64,000 nucleotides of DNA from an uncultured Spirochaetota bacterium (GCA_963783575.1 CAWAOD010000014.1:160001-224000), one strand, 5' to 3'. Counted from the stretch's first letter, positions 42,000 to 52,877 are shown. Numbers and translations: made by a program. The notes: generated from the letters alone by a model not told the origin.

Positions 42000-42599
42000 A
42001 TGAAATTTGTTTATTTTATAATGATTTTTCCGCTTCTATCATTATTATCATGTACCGTAAAAGATTTGAATATAAAAAATGAATCTTCGCATAATAATCA
42101 ATTCAGTGATATTAAAAAAGAGAAAATTCATAAACAACCAGTGTATAAATTCTCTTATTCTCCGTATGATTCTATAGAAGTTCAAAATAAAGAAGCTTAT
42201 AATTATGCATTTAATATTATACTGAATAAGCTCATTTATTTCATTGAAAAAACAATTCCGAACAATTCTATAAATGTCATTGCGGTTTTTGAACTTAAAC
42301 CGGCAACTAAAAACCCAACTTTTCAGGAAAGGATGAATGGTAAAGCGGTAAGGGGCTGGAATATTTATGATGAAAATATTATTCCGATCGCAGAGCGGGA
42401 TATTGAAGAAATGAGCGGGGGTTTTGTCAGGGAAGATATGAAAAATATTCCCAAAGCATTTTATTATATTGAAATAAATGGAAATATGGGTAACGTCTAT
42501 ATCCGATACTGGATTCTCCAGTTCAGAAATTTTGATTTTATCTATAATCTTGAAAAAAATGGAAAATGGAGAATTGTTAATTCCCAGCAATTAAATTAA
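42000..42599 (+). CDS. Hypothetical lipoprotein
   Basis: MKFVYFIMIFPLLSLLSC signal and lipobox; no recognised domain. Confidence 0.6.
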   Translation: MKFVYFIMIFPLLSLLSCTVKDLNIKNESSHNNQFSDIKKEKIHKQPVYKFSYSPYDSIEVQNKEAYNYAFNIILNKLIYFIEKTIPNNSINVIAVFELKPATKNPTFQERMNGKAVRGWNIYDENIIPIAERDIEEMSGGFVREDMKNIPKAFYYIEINGNMGNVYIRYWILQFRNFDFIYNLEKNGKWRIVNSQQLN

Positions 42600-43044
42600 A
42601 AATTGTTAGTGTTTTATATGGATTTATTCCTTTTGTTTCAGGGCTTGAAAGATTCGATCTATGCAGAAAATTGTTAATAAAACAGATAAAGCCATAAGTA
42701 AAAAAGGAATTCTAAAACTCAGGTAATGTCCTAAAAGGATAATAAAAAATCCGGCGACAAGTGTTATTCCGAGGGTCCTTAAACGAATATACTGGCATAG
42801 CTCGGTATTCCGGGACGGTGAATTTTTTTTTCAACAATAAATCCATTGAAGTTATATCCTAGGAAGCCAGGGATGTCTCCGGCGCTGAAAAACATTGATA
42901 TTGACGGAACCCCAAAAAGTATTCCTTCCGCGGCAATCCCTTCCGATAAAATCAAACAAAAGGCGGGAAATTATTTCGGTGGCTTCGATATTTATTTCAA
43001 CTTCAATAAGGCTTAAAGGGTCACTGGCTATTGTACGGATATGA

Positions 43045-43446
43045 GACCAGCTAAAACTGCTGCGAAAGGCCTCGAATGTATATTTCAACCCGGTTTCCTC
43101 TCCGGGAAACTTATTCTATTTTATCTGGAATCTTATAATGGTTGTTTTTATAGCAAAGTATCTCTTTACAGGAACTCTGCAGTTCTCTGCGGATGACATT
43201 CCTGAAGATATCATTCGTCATTTTGGTATAACACCCAGGGAAAAAGAAATCGTTGTCATGATCGCCATGGGTTTTACCAACAAAATGATGGCTTCCGCTC
43301 TGGGTATAGCCAAATTAACGGTCAGAAATCATGTTTATAATATCTATCAGAAAACAAAGGCTAAGAGTAAAATTGATTTAATCAATCTGTTAAATCATAA
43401 AAGACAAACGATTGAGCCTAAAATTACCGCGATATTTCCCAGATAA
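43045..43446 (+). pseudogene. LuxR-type HTH regulator, probably the C-terminal remnant of a membrane-anchored protein
   Basis: ITPREKEIVVMIAMGFTNKMMASALGIAKLTVRNHVYNIYQK; frame open only back to a stop at 43042-43044, leaving one hydrophobic segment and no clear RBS. Confidence 0.6.
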
Positions 43447-43456
43447 ATTGACATTT

Positions 43457-44653
43457 TCATCCAGTAAAGCCCTGATCTGTAATTTCTTTTATCGCTTTCG
43501 CCAGCCTCTTGATTCCCTCTTCGATCGTAGCCTCATTTTCGCATGAATAATTCAGCCTGAGTGTATTGACATTTTCCTCATCAACATAAAAGGGATCGCC
43601 TGGAACAAATGCGACGTTTTCACGAATCGCGATATCGAATAATTTCAATGAAGATATTCCCGCGGGCAAAGTAACCCAGATAAACATACCGCCTTCCGGC
43701 CTGGTAAACCCGACGCCCTTCGGAAAATATTTTTCAATGGATTCCACCATTTTATCCCGCTGTGCCTTATACATCAGCCTTACTTTTTCGATATGCTTAT
43801 CCAGAGGGTTATCCATAAGATGCTGATAAACCACCCTCTGGGAGAAGTAATTTGTATGAAGATCAGCGGCCTGCTTTGCAGTGATAAGCCTGTCCATTAT
43901 CTCACTGTCAGCGCAGATCCATCCCAACCGGAACGAAGGAGCAACAATCTTTGAAAAAGTGCCAAGAAGTATATTATTCTCTTCCTTATAAGTCTTTAAT
44001 GAAGCTTTATCTTTTCCCAGAAAGCGCAGTTCTCCGTATGGATCATCCTCAATAAAAATCACGGGATAATCTTTCAGAATACCGGCGACTTCCCTTCTTT
44101 TTTCTTCCGAATAACTTATGCCTGAGGGATTCTGGAAATTCGGCACCGAATAATATAGTTTTACAGGGTATTGGGAAAGTACCTTTTTAAGAGAAGCAGT
44201 GTCAATACCGTCATCATTCAATTCCACCGGATGAAATTCAGGTTCAAAGATGGACAGTGCCTGGATGGCCCCCAGATAACCCGGTTTCTCTATGATAATA
44301 TGATCTCCCTTGTTTATGAAAATTTTACCGATAAGGTCGAGTGCCTGCTGGGAACCGTTAGTGATGAGTATGTTATCCGCAGGGATCCTGATGTTTTTCC
44401 TTTTTAAATATCTTTCGGAGATATATTCCCGGAGTGGAAGATATCCCTCTGTTGTGCTGTACTGAAGCGTGTTCCTGCCGTCTTTTTCCAGAACTTCACT
44501 GGATGCCTTCCTGATCTCTTCTACAGGGAAGGATTCAGGATTTGGAAGCCCGCCCGCAAAGGAAATGATCCCTGGATTTTCAGTAACCTTCAATATTTCC
44601 CTGATAAATGATTTTTTAACCTGGTTCATTCTGTCTGCAAATAAATTGATCAT
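43457..44653 (-). CDS. PLP-dependent class I aminotransferase (LysN/Aro8-like)
   Basis: ISFAGGLP, NGSQQALD, PNFQNPSG, EDDPY, GTFSK, RLGW, GGMFIW. Confidence 0.93.
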   Translation of the reverse strand: MINLFADRMNQVKKSFIREILKVTENPGIISFAGGLPNPESFPVEEIRKASSEVLEKDGRNTLQYSTTEGYLPLREYISERYLKRKNIRIPADNILITNGSQQALDLIGKIFINKGDHIIIEKPGYLGAIQALSIFEPEFHPVELNDDGIDTASLKKVLSQYPVKLYYSVPNFQNPSGISYSEEKRREVAGILKDYPVIFIEDDPYGELRFLGKDKASLKTYKEENNILLGTFSKIVAPSFRLGWICADSEIMDRLITAKQAADLHTNYFSQRVVYQHLMDNPLDKHIEKVRLMYKAQRDKMVESIEKYFPKGVGFTRPEGGMFIWVTLPAGISSLKLFDIAIRENVAFVPGDPFYVDEENVNTLRLNYSCENEATIEEGIKRLAKAIKEITDQGFTG

Positions 44654-44664
44654 AATTCCTCCTG

Positions 44665-45297
44665 TTAAGATTTGTATTTCTTCGGATAGATATCCTGCAG
44701 GCCTTTCTCTTTGACCGACCGGATCAGCAGTTCAATAATCTTTTCACATTCTGCGGCAACATATTTTATAAAATGTTCTTCCTCTTTGAAAATACCCCTG
44801 CCGGAAATAAAGATCGTTACCTCGCCGTGAAGGAAGCAATGGACCGTATGGATGATATAATGCGCCTCATTCCTGTCTATCTGGTTTTTATATAAATCCC
44901 AGATGACATCCGTCAGGATATTCACTACACGGATCATTGCCGATAATGTTTTTTCCGGCCTTTTTCCATTCACCTGGTCAAACCAGATCAGGCGGAACCA
45001 GCCTTTATTATTAAGATAAAACTCAGTAAACCTTGTAAAAAGCCTTGATATTCTTTCCTGTTTACCGGAAATTTTATCAAGGTCAATCGTGACATAATCC
45101 AGCATTCTGGAAAGAGCCTCATCCATAGAAGCCCATAATACCGAGTTAAAACCCTCAAAATAATTGTAGATATTGGTATGGTGGCATTTCAAGATTCTGG
45201 CAATCTCCCTTAAATTAACATCCCTGGAACCGCCTTTTTTATTGATCAAATCAAGAGTTGTTTCAATAATCTGCCCGGACGTGATTTTATTATCCAT
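44665..45297 (-). CDS. TetR/AcrR family transcriptional regulator
   Basis: N-terminal HTH VNLREIARILKCHHTNIYNYF; RBS GGAG before ATG45297. Confidence 0.88.
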   Translation of the reverse strand: MDNKITSGQIIETTLDLINKKGGSRDVNLREIARILKCHHTNIYNYFEGFNSVLWASMDEALSRMLDYVTIDLDKISGKQERISRLFTRFTEFYLNNKGWFRLIWFDQVNGKRPEKTLSAMIRVVNILTDVIWDLYKNQIDRNEAHYIIHTVHCFLHGEVTIFISGRGIFKEEEHFIKYVAAECEKIIELLIRSVKEKGLQDIYPKKYKS

Positions 45298-45308
45298 ATA
45301 TCTCCACT

Positions 45309-45366
45309 TTATAACCATCGGTTATAACCAGTGGTTATTATAAAATATTCATTATGTTTTTGTCAA
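45309..45366 (-). promoter_or_regulatory. Consensus sigma70 promoter with tandem palindromic operators
   Basis: Minus strand TTGACA (45366-45361), 18 bp, TATAAT (45342-45337); palindromes ATAACC-AGT-GGTTAT (45324-45338) and TTATAACC-ATC-GGTTATAA (45309-45327). Confidence 0.85.
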
Positions 45367-45487
45367 TATATTCTTCAAGTTATTTAATTTTAGGTTTGAA
45401 CTTTCAAAGCATATTAACACACTATTTTGATTTATCCGAATATTTTAATTATAATAAATGCTTAAACATTTTGTGAGGTGTATCGAT

Positions 45488-48259
45488 ATGGAATACAGCC
45501 AGACTGTAAATCTTCCGAAAACTAATTTCTCGATGAAAGCCGGGCTTGTGCAAAAAGAGCCGGAATATCTTAAAAAATGGGAAGATATGGGGATTTACAA
45601 GAAACAGCTTGAGAAAAGAAAAAATTCACTGTCATTCATACTGCATGACGGTCCGCCGTATGCAAACGGCGAAATACATCTGGGTACAGCTTTAAATAAG
45701 ATCTTAAAGGACATAATCAACAAATATAAATTCTTCAGGGGATTCAAAACGCCATATGTTCCCGGATGGGATTGTCATGGGCTCCCTATCGAATTAAAAG
45801 TTGTGGAGAAACTAGGCGAAAAGGCAAATACAATCCCGCCGGTTGTTCTAAGGAACGAATGCAGGAAATACGCGGCGAAATTTGTTAAAATCCAGATGGA
45901 TAGTTTTAAAAGGATCGGGGTTTTCGGCGACTGGGATAATCCTTACCTTACTATGTCCGAAGAATACGAGGCCGCGATAATAGAGACTTTCGGGAAACTT
46001 GTTGACAGAGGTTATATTTACAGGGGTATGAGGCCTGTTCACTGGTGTATAAACTGTAAAACATCACTGGCTGAAGCCGAGATAGAATACCATGACCATA
46101 CTTCACCTTCAATTTTTGTTAAATTCCCGGTGGTCAAACACAATGTTGATAAATTACAGGGGAAGAAAGTTTTTGTCCTGATCTGGACGACAACACCCTG
46201 GACGCTTCCGGCAAATACAGGATTGTCTTTTCATCCTGAGGAAGCATATACTTCAGTTAAAATTGGGGATGAATACCTCATAATGGCTGAAAAACTTAAA
46301 AATAATGTTCTCGGTATAAAAGGTTTAAAATCAGGAGATGAAATCCCCTTAAGTAAAAAAGATTTAGAAACATTTACTGTAAACCATTGCTGGATCAACC
46401 GTGAATCTAAAATCGTATTCGGTATGCATGTAACAATGGATACAGGTACTGGCATTGTTCATACTGCTCCAGGGCATGGTATGGAAGATTACCAGGTAGG
46501 GATCGAGTATAAATTGCCTCAAATTTCACCGGTTGATGACGAAGGCAGGTTTACAAAAGAGGTTCCTGAATTCGAAGGTGTAAACGTCTTTGAAGCCAAT
46601 GAGAAAATTATAAAATTTCTTGAAGAAAAGGGCAGGCTGTATTTCAGGCAGAATATAACCCATAGCTATCCGCATTGCTGGCGATGCAAAAACCCGATAA
46701 TTTTCAGGTCAAAACCGCAGTGGTTCTTCAGGGTTTCGGACAGCAAACTGTCGAAAATCGCGCTGGATGAGCTTTCAAAGATTCGCTGGATACCGGAATG
46801 GGGCGAAATCCGTATAAAAAATATGCTGGAAGGCAGGCCCGACTGGTGCCTTTCCCGGCAGAGGTCCTGGGGTGTCCCCATACCGGCATTTTACTGTGAA
46901 AAGTGCGGAGAAGCTATATATAATAAAGAAATTATAAATCATATCTTCGAATTGGTGAAAAAAGAAGGAATAGACATATGGTACAAAAAAGAAGCAAAAG
47001 AACTGGTACCTAATGGTACAAAATGCCCTAATTGCGGTGGAACTGAGTTTAAAAAGGAAACTGATATCCTGGATGTATGGTTTGATTCCGGAGTAAGCAA
47101 TATAGCTGTACTGGATAAAAGGGAGGACCTACATAGCCCGGCTGACGTATATCTTGAGGGGAACGATCAGTACAGGGGATGGTTCCAGCACTCGTTATGG
47201 CCGTCTATTGCCATTAAAGAAGCCGCTCCTTATAAAACAGTAATAACACATGGATGGATGCTGGATGAACAGGGAAGGCAGATGCATAAAAGCCTTGGGA
47301 ACACCATATCTCCTAAAGAAATATACGACAAATTCGGGGCCGATGTGCTTCGCTTATGGGTTGTTACAGAGGATTACAGGGGGGATTTAAGAATCGGCGA
47401 GAATCTGATAAATAAAAGCGCCGAAAGCTATCGTAAAATAAGGAATACTTTCAAGTATCTTTTGGGCAATCTTGATGGATTTAAATCTGAAAGCATGGTA
47501 GATTATAACGATTTGTTCAGTATTGATAAATATGCCCTGTCCATTCTTTACCGCTTATGCGGCAATGTCGAAAAATTTAATGATGATTATGAATTCTACA
47601 AGGGATTCAGGGAAATCTATAATTTCTGCGCAGTTGATATGAGCTCATTTTATATGGATATTTTGAAAGACAGGCTTTATATTTATCCAAAAGATTCTAT
47701 AGAAAGGCAGTCAGCCCGGACGGCAATGTTTTATATTCTAAAATATCTGATGATAATGCTGGCACCTATATTGCCGTTTACAATGGAAGAGGTTTACCTG
47801 AATTTCTTTACTAACAGCACCGGAGAAAGTGTTCACCTTCAGGATTGGCTTGAACCGGAAGAAGAATGGCGGAATGATTCTATCTATAAGGAATTCACGG
47901 ATCTGATAAAAATCAGGGATGTTGTTTTGAAAGCAGTTGAGGTATTAAGGAACAATAAATCGGAAGAAGAACCCATCGGAAGTTCTCTCCAGGCAAGGGT
48001 TGTTGTTCAGCCTTTAAATAATTATCATAAAGATATTTTAATAAAATATCAAAAGGAACTGAGATATTTATTTATAGTTTCGGATGTTGAAATCTCAGAG
48101 AAATTAGAGTCCATAACAGCCCAGGATGATAATACTGCCGTCTATTCAGAAAAAGCCAGGGGGAATAAATGCGCCCGGTGCTGGAATTATTCGGAAAAAG
48201 TCGGCAGTTTTCCCGTACATTCGGATTTATGTGAGAGATGTATTAAGATTGTCAGTTAA
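45488..48259 (+). CDS. ileS: Isoleucine--tRNA ligase (type 1, C-terminal zinc finger)
   Basis: LHDGPPYANG-x-IHLG, GWDCHGLPIE, WTTTPWT, GTGIVHTAPGHG, WCLSRQR, QMHKSLGN, KCARCW..LCERC. Confidence 0.98.
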   Translation: MEYSQTVNLPKTNFSMKAGLVQKEPEYLKKWEDMGIYKKQLEKRKNSLSFILHDGPPYANGEIHLGTALNKILKDIINKYKFFRGFKTPYVPGWDCHGLPIELKVVEKLGEKANTIPPVVLRNECRKYAAKFVKIQMDSFKRIGVFGDWDNPYLTMSEEYEAAIIETFGKLVDRGYIYRGMRPVHWCINCKTSLAEAEIEYHDHTSPSIFVKFPVVKHNVDKLQGKKVFVLIWTTTPWTLPANTGLSFHPEEAYTSVKIGDEYLIMAEKLKNNVLGIKGLKSGDEIPLSKKDLETFTVNHCWINRESKIVFGMHVTMDTGTGIVHTAPGHGMEDYQVGIEYKLPQISPVDDEGRFTKEVPEFEGVNVFEANEKIIKFLEEKGRLYFRQNITHSYPHCWRCKNPIIFRSKPQWFFRVSDSKLSKIALDELSKIRWIPEWGEIRIKNMLEGRPDWCLSRQRSWGVPIPAFYCEKCGEAIYNKEIINHIFELVKKEGIDIWYKKEAKELVPNGTKCPNCGGTEFKKETDILDVWFDSGVSNIAVLDKREDLHSPADVYLEGNDQYRGWFQHSLWPSIAIKEAAPYKTVITHGWMLDEQGRQMHKSLGNTISPKEIYDKFGADVLRLWVVTEDYRGDLRIGENLINKSAESYRKIRNTFKYLLGNLDGFKSESMVDYNDLFSIDKYALSILYRLCGNVEKFNDDYEFYKGFREIYNFCAVDMSSFYMDILKDRLYIYPKDSIERQSARTAMFYILKYLMIMLAPILPFTMEEVYLNFFTNSTGESVHLQDWLEPEEEWRNDSIYKEFTDLIKIRDVVLKAVEVLRNNKSEEEPIGSSLQARVVVQPLNNYHKDILIKYQKELRYLFIVSDVEISEKLESITAQDDNTAVYSEKARGNKCARCWNYSEKVGSFPVHSDLCERCIKIVS

Positions 48260-48318
48260 CAGGCTTGATTATAATAATCAACTTTTGAATTACCATAAAT
48301 TGAAATCATTTAAGGCAA

Positions 48319-48783
48319 TCATGTTATTAACTGTGCCTTTGTTAAATAAAATGGAACATCTTCTTTAGAGAATTCTTTAAAATTATCATCCAGCCAGTTT
48401 AATTTGATATTTAGTTTTTTAGATGTTTCAATATCTCTTATTATAAAGTAAATACGGCCGTTTTGATCCTGTGTTACAAGAAGATAATTATCCGGATGAA
48501 GACGATGCAACTGCAAACTCATCACATCAAAAAACCTGGTATTGACAAATTTAAAATAACCTGTATCTCTGTTATCATAAGGAATTTTAAGGTTATTATC
48601 GTGGATAATCGAATTAATAAAATCCCTTAACTGAATTTCTATTGTCCTTTTATTGCTTTTTGACGGATAGAAAAATCTTGTCCTTATTCTGCCATATTTT
48701 TTCTGCTCGTTTTTAACTTTTCTTATTACGGATCTCATTAAAAATTTTCCGGTTTCCGATAATTCCAGATCATCTATTTTCAT
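48319..48783 (-). CDS. Hypothetical protein
   Basis: 154-aa ORF with GGGAG RBS; no recognised motif. Confidence 0.6.
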   Translation of the reverse strand: MKIDDLELSETGKFLMRSVIRKVKNEQKKYGRIRTRFFYPSKSNKRTIEIQLRDFINSIIHDNNLKIPYDNRDTGYFKFVNTRFFDVMSLQLHRLHPDNYLLVTQDQNGRIYFIIRDIETSKKLNIKLNWLDDNFKEFSKEDVPFYLTKAQLIT

Positions 48784-49041
48784 AAAACAACTCCCGATTT
48801 TTAGAATAAAAATTTTTATAACATAATGAAATGATAAAAATAAAATATTTGATCATCATAAAAATAAAACTTATACTAAATTGTATTGCATATTTTACAA
48901 GGAAAGTATAGTATTATATATAAAGAAATATTGTTCCAATAATTGTAATTTTGCATTATTAAATATATTTGGATTAACTGAAATTTGATAGTATATTATA
49001 ACAGTTAATTAATTAAATTTTCAATAATTATGGAGACTAAT

Positions 49042-50151
49042 ATGAAATATAAAATTCTATTTTATGGGTTTACCATATTTTTATGTTTAATTTTAGCTTC
49101 CTGTGGAGTTAATGTATTTTCTGCATTCAATCCTACAGATGTAAATTCTGAAAATAATGTTAATTCACTTGTAGGTATGGGAGATGATTATCTAAGAAAT
49201 CTCGATTATGATAATGCGTATAAGGCATATTCTAAGGCTTTGAAGCTTGACCCCAGAAATTCAAGAGCGATTGAGGGAGTCTGTACTTCATATTTATACT
49301 TAAAAATTCCTGTTGCAGATATGATCGGTTCGATTATATCATCATCTTATTCAAATATTAACAAAAACGATTTATATGATGCCAGTACTTTTTTAGCTGA
49401 CAATCTTTATAAAATTGTCAATAATGAAGCGGATGGTATAATTCCTTACAATGATGTAAATGTTAATTTTGACTTTTTTATCTTCAATACTTTATACGGT
49501 ATATGTTATCTGGTGGATTCGGATAATAATAATAATATACAGAATGACAACGGTGATATTATGAACATTGGAAATAATTTCATTCCGGTTATAAATCCCA
49601 TAGTTACTAATACGCTGGATAAAGCAACTAATACAAGCACACCGAATCCCCTTCTTTTTCCGAAATTTATGAGATTAATTTCTCCCATTAAGCCAAGATA
49701 CAATTATTTTACCAATAATATGCAAAAATCCTATTATAGTCTCAGCATCATACAGAATGTATTAAAGTCAGACCAGGCAAAACAACAACTGGAATCAATA
49801 AAAGAATCCTTAAATACAAGTATTACTCAATTGGGTGATTTAATTCAAAAGATGAATAATCCAGATACCAATACAAATAGTACATTAACAAATCTTCTAT
49901 CTTTTACCAATATTTTTGATGTAACAAATATGATATCAAATTATCAGGATCAATCATCTAATTATATTACCAATGATGCTGTAGTCACTAATATTCTTGT
50001 ACAGGCCGGATATCCACAAACACCGGCCGGTTATACTCAATTTACTAATGATATGAGTGCTTCCGGAGTCACAAATTTACAGGATTTGACAAATTTATCA
50101 CCGGGATTTTCAAACATTGATACCTTGGCATCTAATGTATATAATTTATAA
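49042..50151 (+). CDS. TPR-containing, Asn/Thr-rich lipoprotein
   Basis: Lipobox LASC; GDDYLRNLDYDNAYKAYSKALKLDPRN TPR. Confidence 0.75.
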   Translation: MKYKILFYGFTIFLCLILASCGVNVFSAFNPTDVNSENNVNSLVGMGDDYLRNLDYDNAYKAYSKALKLDPRNSRAIEGVCTSYLYLKIPVADMIGSIISSSYSNINKNDLYDASTFLADNLYKIVNNEADGIIPYNDVNVNFDFFIFNTLYGICYLVDSDNNNNIQNDNGDIMNIGNNFIPVINPIVTNTLDKATNTSTPNPLLFPKFMRLISPIKPRYNYFTNNMQKSYYSLSIIQNVLKSDQAKQQLESIKESLNTSITQLGDLIQKMNNPDTNTNSTLTNLLSFTNIFDVTNMISNYQDQSSNYITNDAVVTNILVQAGYPQTPAGYTQFTNDMSASGVTNLQDLTNLSPGFSNIDTLASNVYNL

Positions 50152-50177
50152 AATGTTTTTCATCAACGGAGTTTAAA

Positions 50178-51341
50178 ATGTTCTTGAAAGTAGAATTAAT
50201 AGTATTTATATGCTTTTTGATTCCATTTATAAGCTTTGCTTCATCTGAAGAAAGGAAAATAACGTATCCGGTCGATATCATGGCTACCGGTGGTGCTGGG
50301 ATAACAAGTTATGATAAATTCGGAATGATTTATATGAATCCGGCGGCTTTCGCACTTCCGGAGAATGCAAAAATATCGATTTTAAATTTAGGCGCTTCAT
50401 TGAATTATGATCTTTATAATTACTATTTATTATATAACAATCTTCAAGCTAATAATTTTGACCTTTCAAAGCTTCCATCACCGCTTTTAAAAGCGCTCTT
50501 GAATTTAAGCGCCAATGTCGGTGTCAGCGGGCCTCTTGCGGTGGGCTATATCTGGCAGGGGCTTGGTTTTTATATTTATGATAATTTTTTAACATCAGCA
50601 ATTGTACAACAGGGTCCGGGACTTCCTTATGTCAATTTCGGAAGTTATTTTGATTTAGGATTATTGATGGGATTTGGCTTTAAAATCCCGACCCCGGAAT
50701 TTTTAGATAGATTTACAACATTATACGCGGGTATTACAATTAAATATATTAACCGTTTAAAATATGAAAATCCAAGGATGAGTTTATTGGAAGCTTTTGA
50801 TACTTTTCAGGGAATATTGAATTTTAAAAATGGTTTTGAGTGGGGACAGGCGATCGGTTCAGACCTTGGCTTTTTAATGAAAGGAGACAATTGGGGTGCG
50901 GGTTTTGTCATCCGCGATTGGTTCACAACACAGTTTTCCTGGACAGAATATGATTATCATTTTAATCCTGTTCCTGCAGTAAATGGAGAAAGTATCCCTC
51001 CGACATATTATTATCCATCTTTTGATATAGGTTGCAGTTATACTTTGCAAAATCTCTTAAATTTCTATACTTTCAAAGGACCGACATTCTATTTTGATTT
51101 AGTTAATATTTTTGATTTTACAGAAAATTATTTTTTAAAAACACGGATTGGAGCCGAAGTCTCAGTGTTTACTATCCTTAAATTAAGAGCCGGTTTATAT
51201 AAAGGTTATCCGACCGCCGGTTTTGGAATAGTAATGCCTTTTATTACTATTAATGCAGCATATTTTACAGAGGAATTAGGCGCTTTTCCAGGGAGCGAAC
51301 CTCAACAGAACTATGTCATTGAATTTCATTTTATAATATAA
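50178..51341 (+). CDS. Putative outer-membrane beta-barrel (TraF-like / FadL-like)
   Basis: Signal peptide; MATGGAG..IYMNPAA N-terminus; alternating aromatic strands; LRAGLYKGYPTAGFG; C-terminal VIEFHFII. Confidence 0.6.
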   Translation: MFLKVELIVFICFLIPFISFASSEERKITYPVDIMATGGAGITSYDKFGMIYMNPAAFALPENAKISILNLGASLNYDLYNYYLLYNNLQANNFDLSKLPSPLLKALLNLSANVGVSGPLAVGYIWQGLGFYIYDNFLTSAIVQQGPGLPYVNFGSYFDLGLLMGFGFKIPTPEFLDRFTTLYAGITIKYINRLKYENPRMSLLEAFDTFQGILNFKNGFEWGQAIGSDLGFLMKGDNWGAGFVIRDWFTTQFSWTEYDYHFNPVPAVNGESIPPTYYYPSFDIGCSYTLQNLLNFYTFKGPTFYFDLVNIFDFTENYFLKTRIGAEVSVFTILKLRAGLYKGYPTAGFGIVMPFITINAAYFTEELGAFPGSEPQQNYVIEFHFII

Positions 51342-51346
51342 TAAAT

Positions 51347-52726
51347 TTACTTAAGCGGAATTTTTTCAATCCTGTCTATTTTTGTAATAAGCCAGTATCC
51401 ATGTTTTTTTATCAGAAATAACTTATCATTTTCATTAAACCCATGATAATCTAACTCTATTTTTTTATTTTCACCAAAAACCGGTTCCCATTTTTGATAA
51501 TAGACGGAATATATTGCGTTGGAAGAATTTTCTATTTCATTTGAAATAATTAGGTCGGTAATTCCATAAATATAAAGTGGGGGCATTAGTTTATTTTTAC
51601 CATCGGCAGCCCATTTCTCAGCGGAAAAATAGTTTTTTTCACCGTAAGCAGCGCTTTGTTTTGTTATGACATATAATGTCGAGACTTCATCGATTTCTTT
51701 TTTCCCGGCATTGTTTATAACACAATCCTGCATTGCCGGACTGTCAAGATTATTCATGCTTTCATAAAATAATTCAACCACCTTGCTTGATATAAATCCT
51801 TTTGTGATTCTTATGTTAAAAATTATTTTTTTAAAAGAAAATACCAATAAGATTACAACCGCTAATACTATTGATATAATTATGATATTTAATCTGTTTT
51901 TTTCTAAAAAAACGCTTCTGCCATAAATATGGTCCAATCTTTTCCTATATTTCCCCTGCAGTTTCATCAGATCTTTTTCTTCAACATTATCAATCTTCCT
52001 GATTACACCTTCTTTTATATAATTGCCGATAATTTCAAACCATTCAGATATGGAAACCGATGTCCATTTTTTTTCCATAAAAAAAAATAACAGATTGTCC
52101 GAAATTTCATTGTTAAGATAAAAATTGTTTAAAACCGGTTGTAAAACATTACCGATTCTGATTTTTTTATTCAACTCTTCTTCCGTTTTTCCGGAAAAAG
52201 GAAATTCTCCCGAAAGTATGCGGTATAATATTACTCCTATACTGTATGAGTTTTGAATCCGGTCTTCGGTGATATACGGATGATTTACGATAAAATAATT
52301 TCCGATTTTATATTCTTCATCTAAAGATTCTCTCAATAATTCCATAACTTTGTAAGGCAAAAACAGTATGGAGCCGTCTTTAAGGAAGTATATTGCATCA
52401 AGCTGAATCGGTATTGCGACGCCTCTCTTATTTTCAAGTTCATTAAGAGCCGAGACAAGCCTGTAAATATAATTAAGCCCTTCTTCAGAATTAAGGCTGA
52501 TAACTTCTGATAAAGAGGTACCTTCAAAATGAGGACCATAAAGATAGAGATTTTCTTTATGCAGAATTCCTGTGAAACGCCATTCTTCGATAGAATCGTC
52601 TTTCAGGATATAACCCGGATATTTTTTTAATTCGAGTAAATTCCTGAATGATGCATCGTCAGCATTAAAATTGAGATTAAATCCGCAATAAAGATTTTTG
52701 TCTTCTTTAATTTCAACAGGTTGCAT
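51347..52726 (-). CDS. Membrane protein with degenerate protein-kinase-like N-terminal domain
   Basis: YSIGVILYRILSGEFPF resembles kinase subdomain IX; single TM near residue 280; no HxD or DFG. Confidence 0.55.
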   Translation of the reverse strand: MQPVEIKEDKNLYCGFNLNFNADDASFRNLLELKKYPGYILKDDSIEEWRFTGILHKENLYLYGPHFEGTSLSEVISLNSEEGLNYIYRLVSALNELENKRGVAIPIQLDAIYFLKDGSILFLPYKVMELLRESLDEEYKIGNYFIVNHPYITEDRIQNSYSIGVILYRILSGEFPFSGKTEEELNKKIRIGNVLQPVLNNFYLNNEISDNLLFFFMEKKWTSVSISEWFEIIGNYIKEGVIRKIDNVEEKDLMKLQGKYRKRLDHIYGRSVFLEKNRLNIIIISIVLAVVILLVFSFKKIIFNIRITKGFISSKVVELFYESMNNLDSPAMQDCVINNAGKKEIDEVSTLYVITKQSAAYGEKNYFSAEKWAADGKNKLMPPLYIYGITDLIISNEIENSSNAIYSVYYQKWEPVFGENKKIELDYHGFNENDKLFLIKKHGYWLITKIDRIEKIPLK

Positions 52727-52877
52727 AAATACCTTCTTAACTTATCATTATAAATTATGTTAATATTATTTTAGTAAGATTGAATCGTTTAAGTCAAGGA
52801 AATATTGAATAAAAACTCATTTATCCTTAAAATTATATTAATTTATTCTATTAGCAAATAATATATCAGGAGAAAAT

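Noticed and set aside
42048..42590. 180-aa minus-strand ORF
   Set aside because: Fully antisense to the lipoprotein ORF 42000-42599, which has a signal peptide and more plausible composition.
42617..43044. Intact gene upstream of the LuxR fragment
   Set aside because: Only short frames with stops; it may be decayed coding DNA but no family could be recognised.
47270..47300. IleRS KMSKS motif reads QMHKS
   Set aside because: The key second Lys is retained and such variation is not enough to claim altered function or mupirocin resistance.
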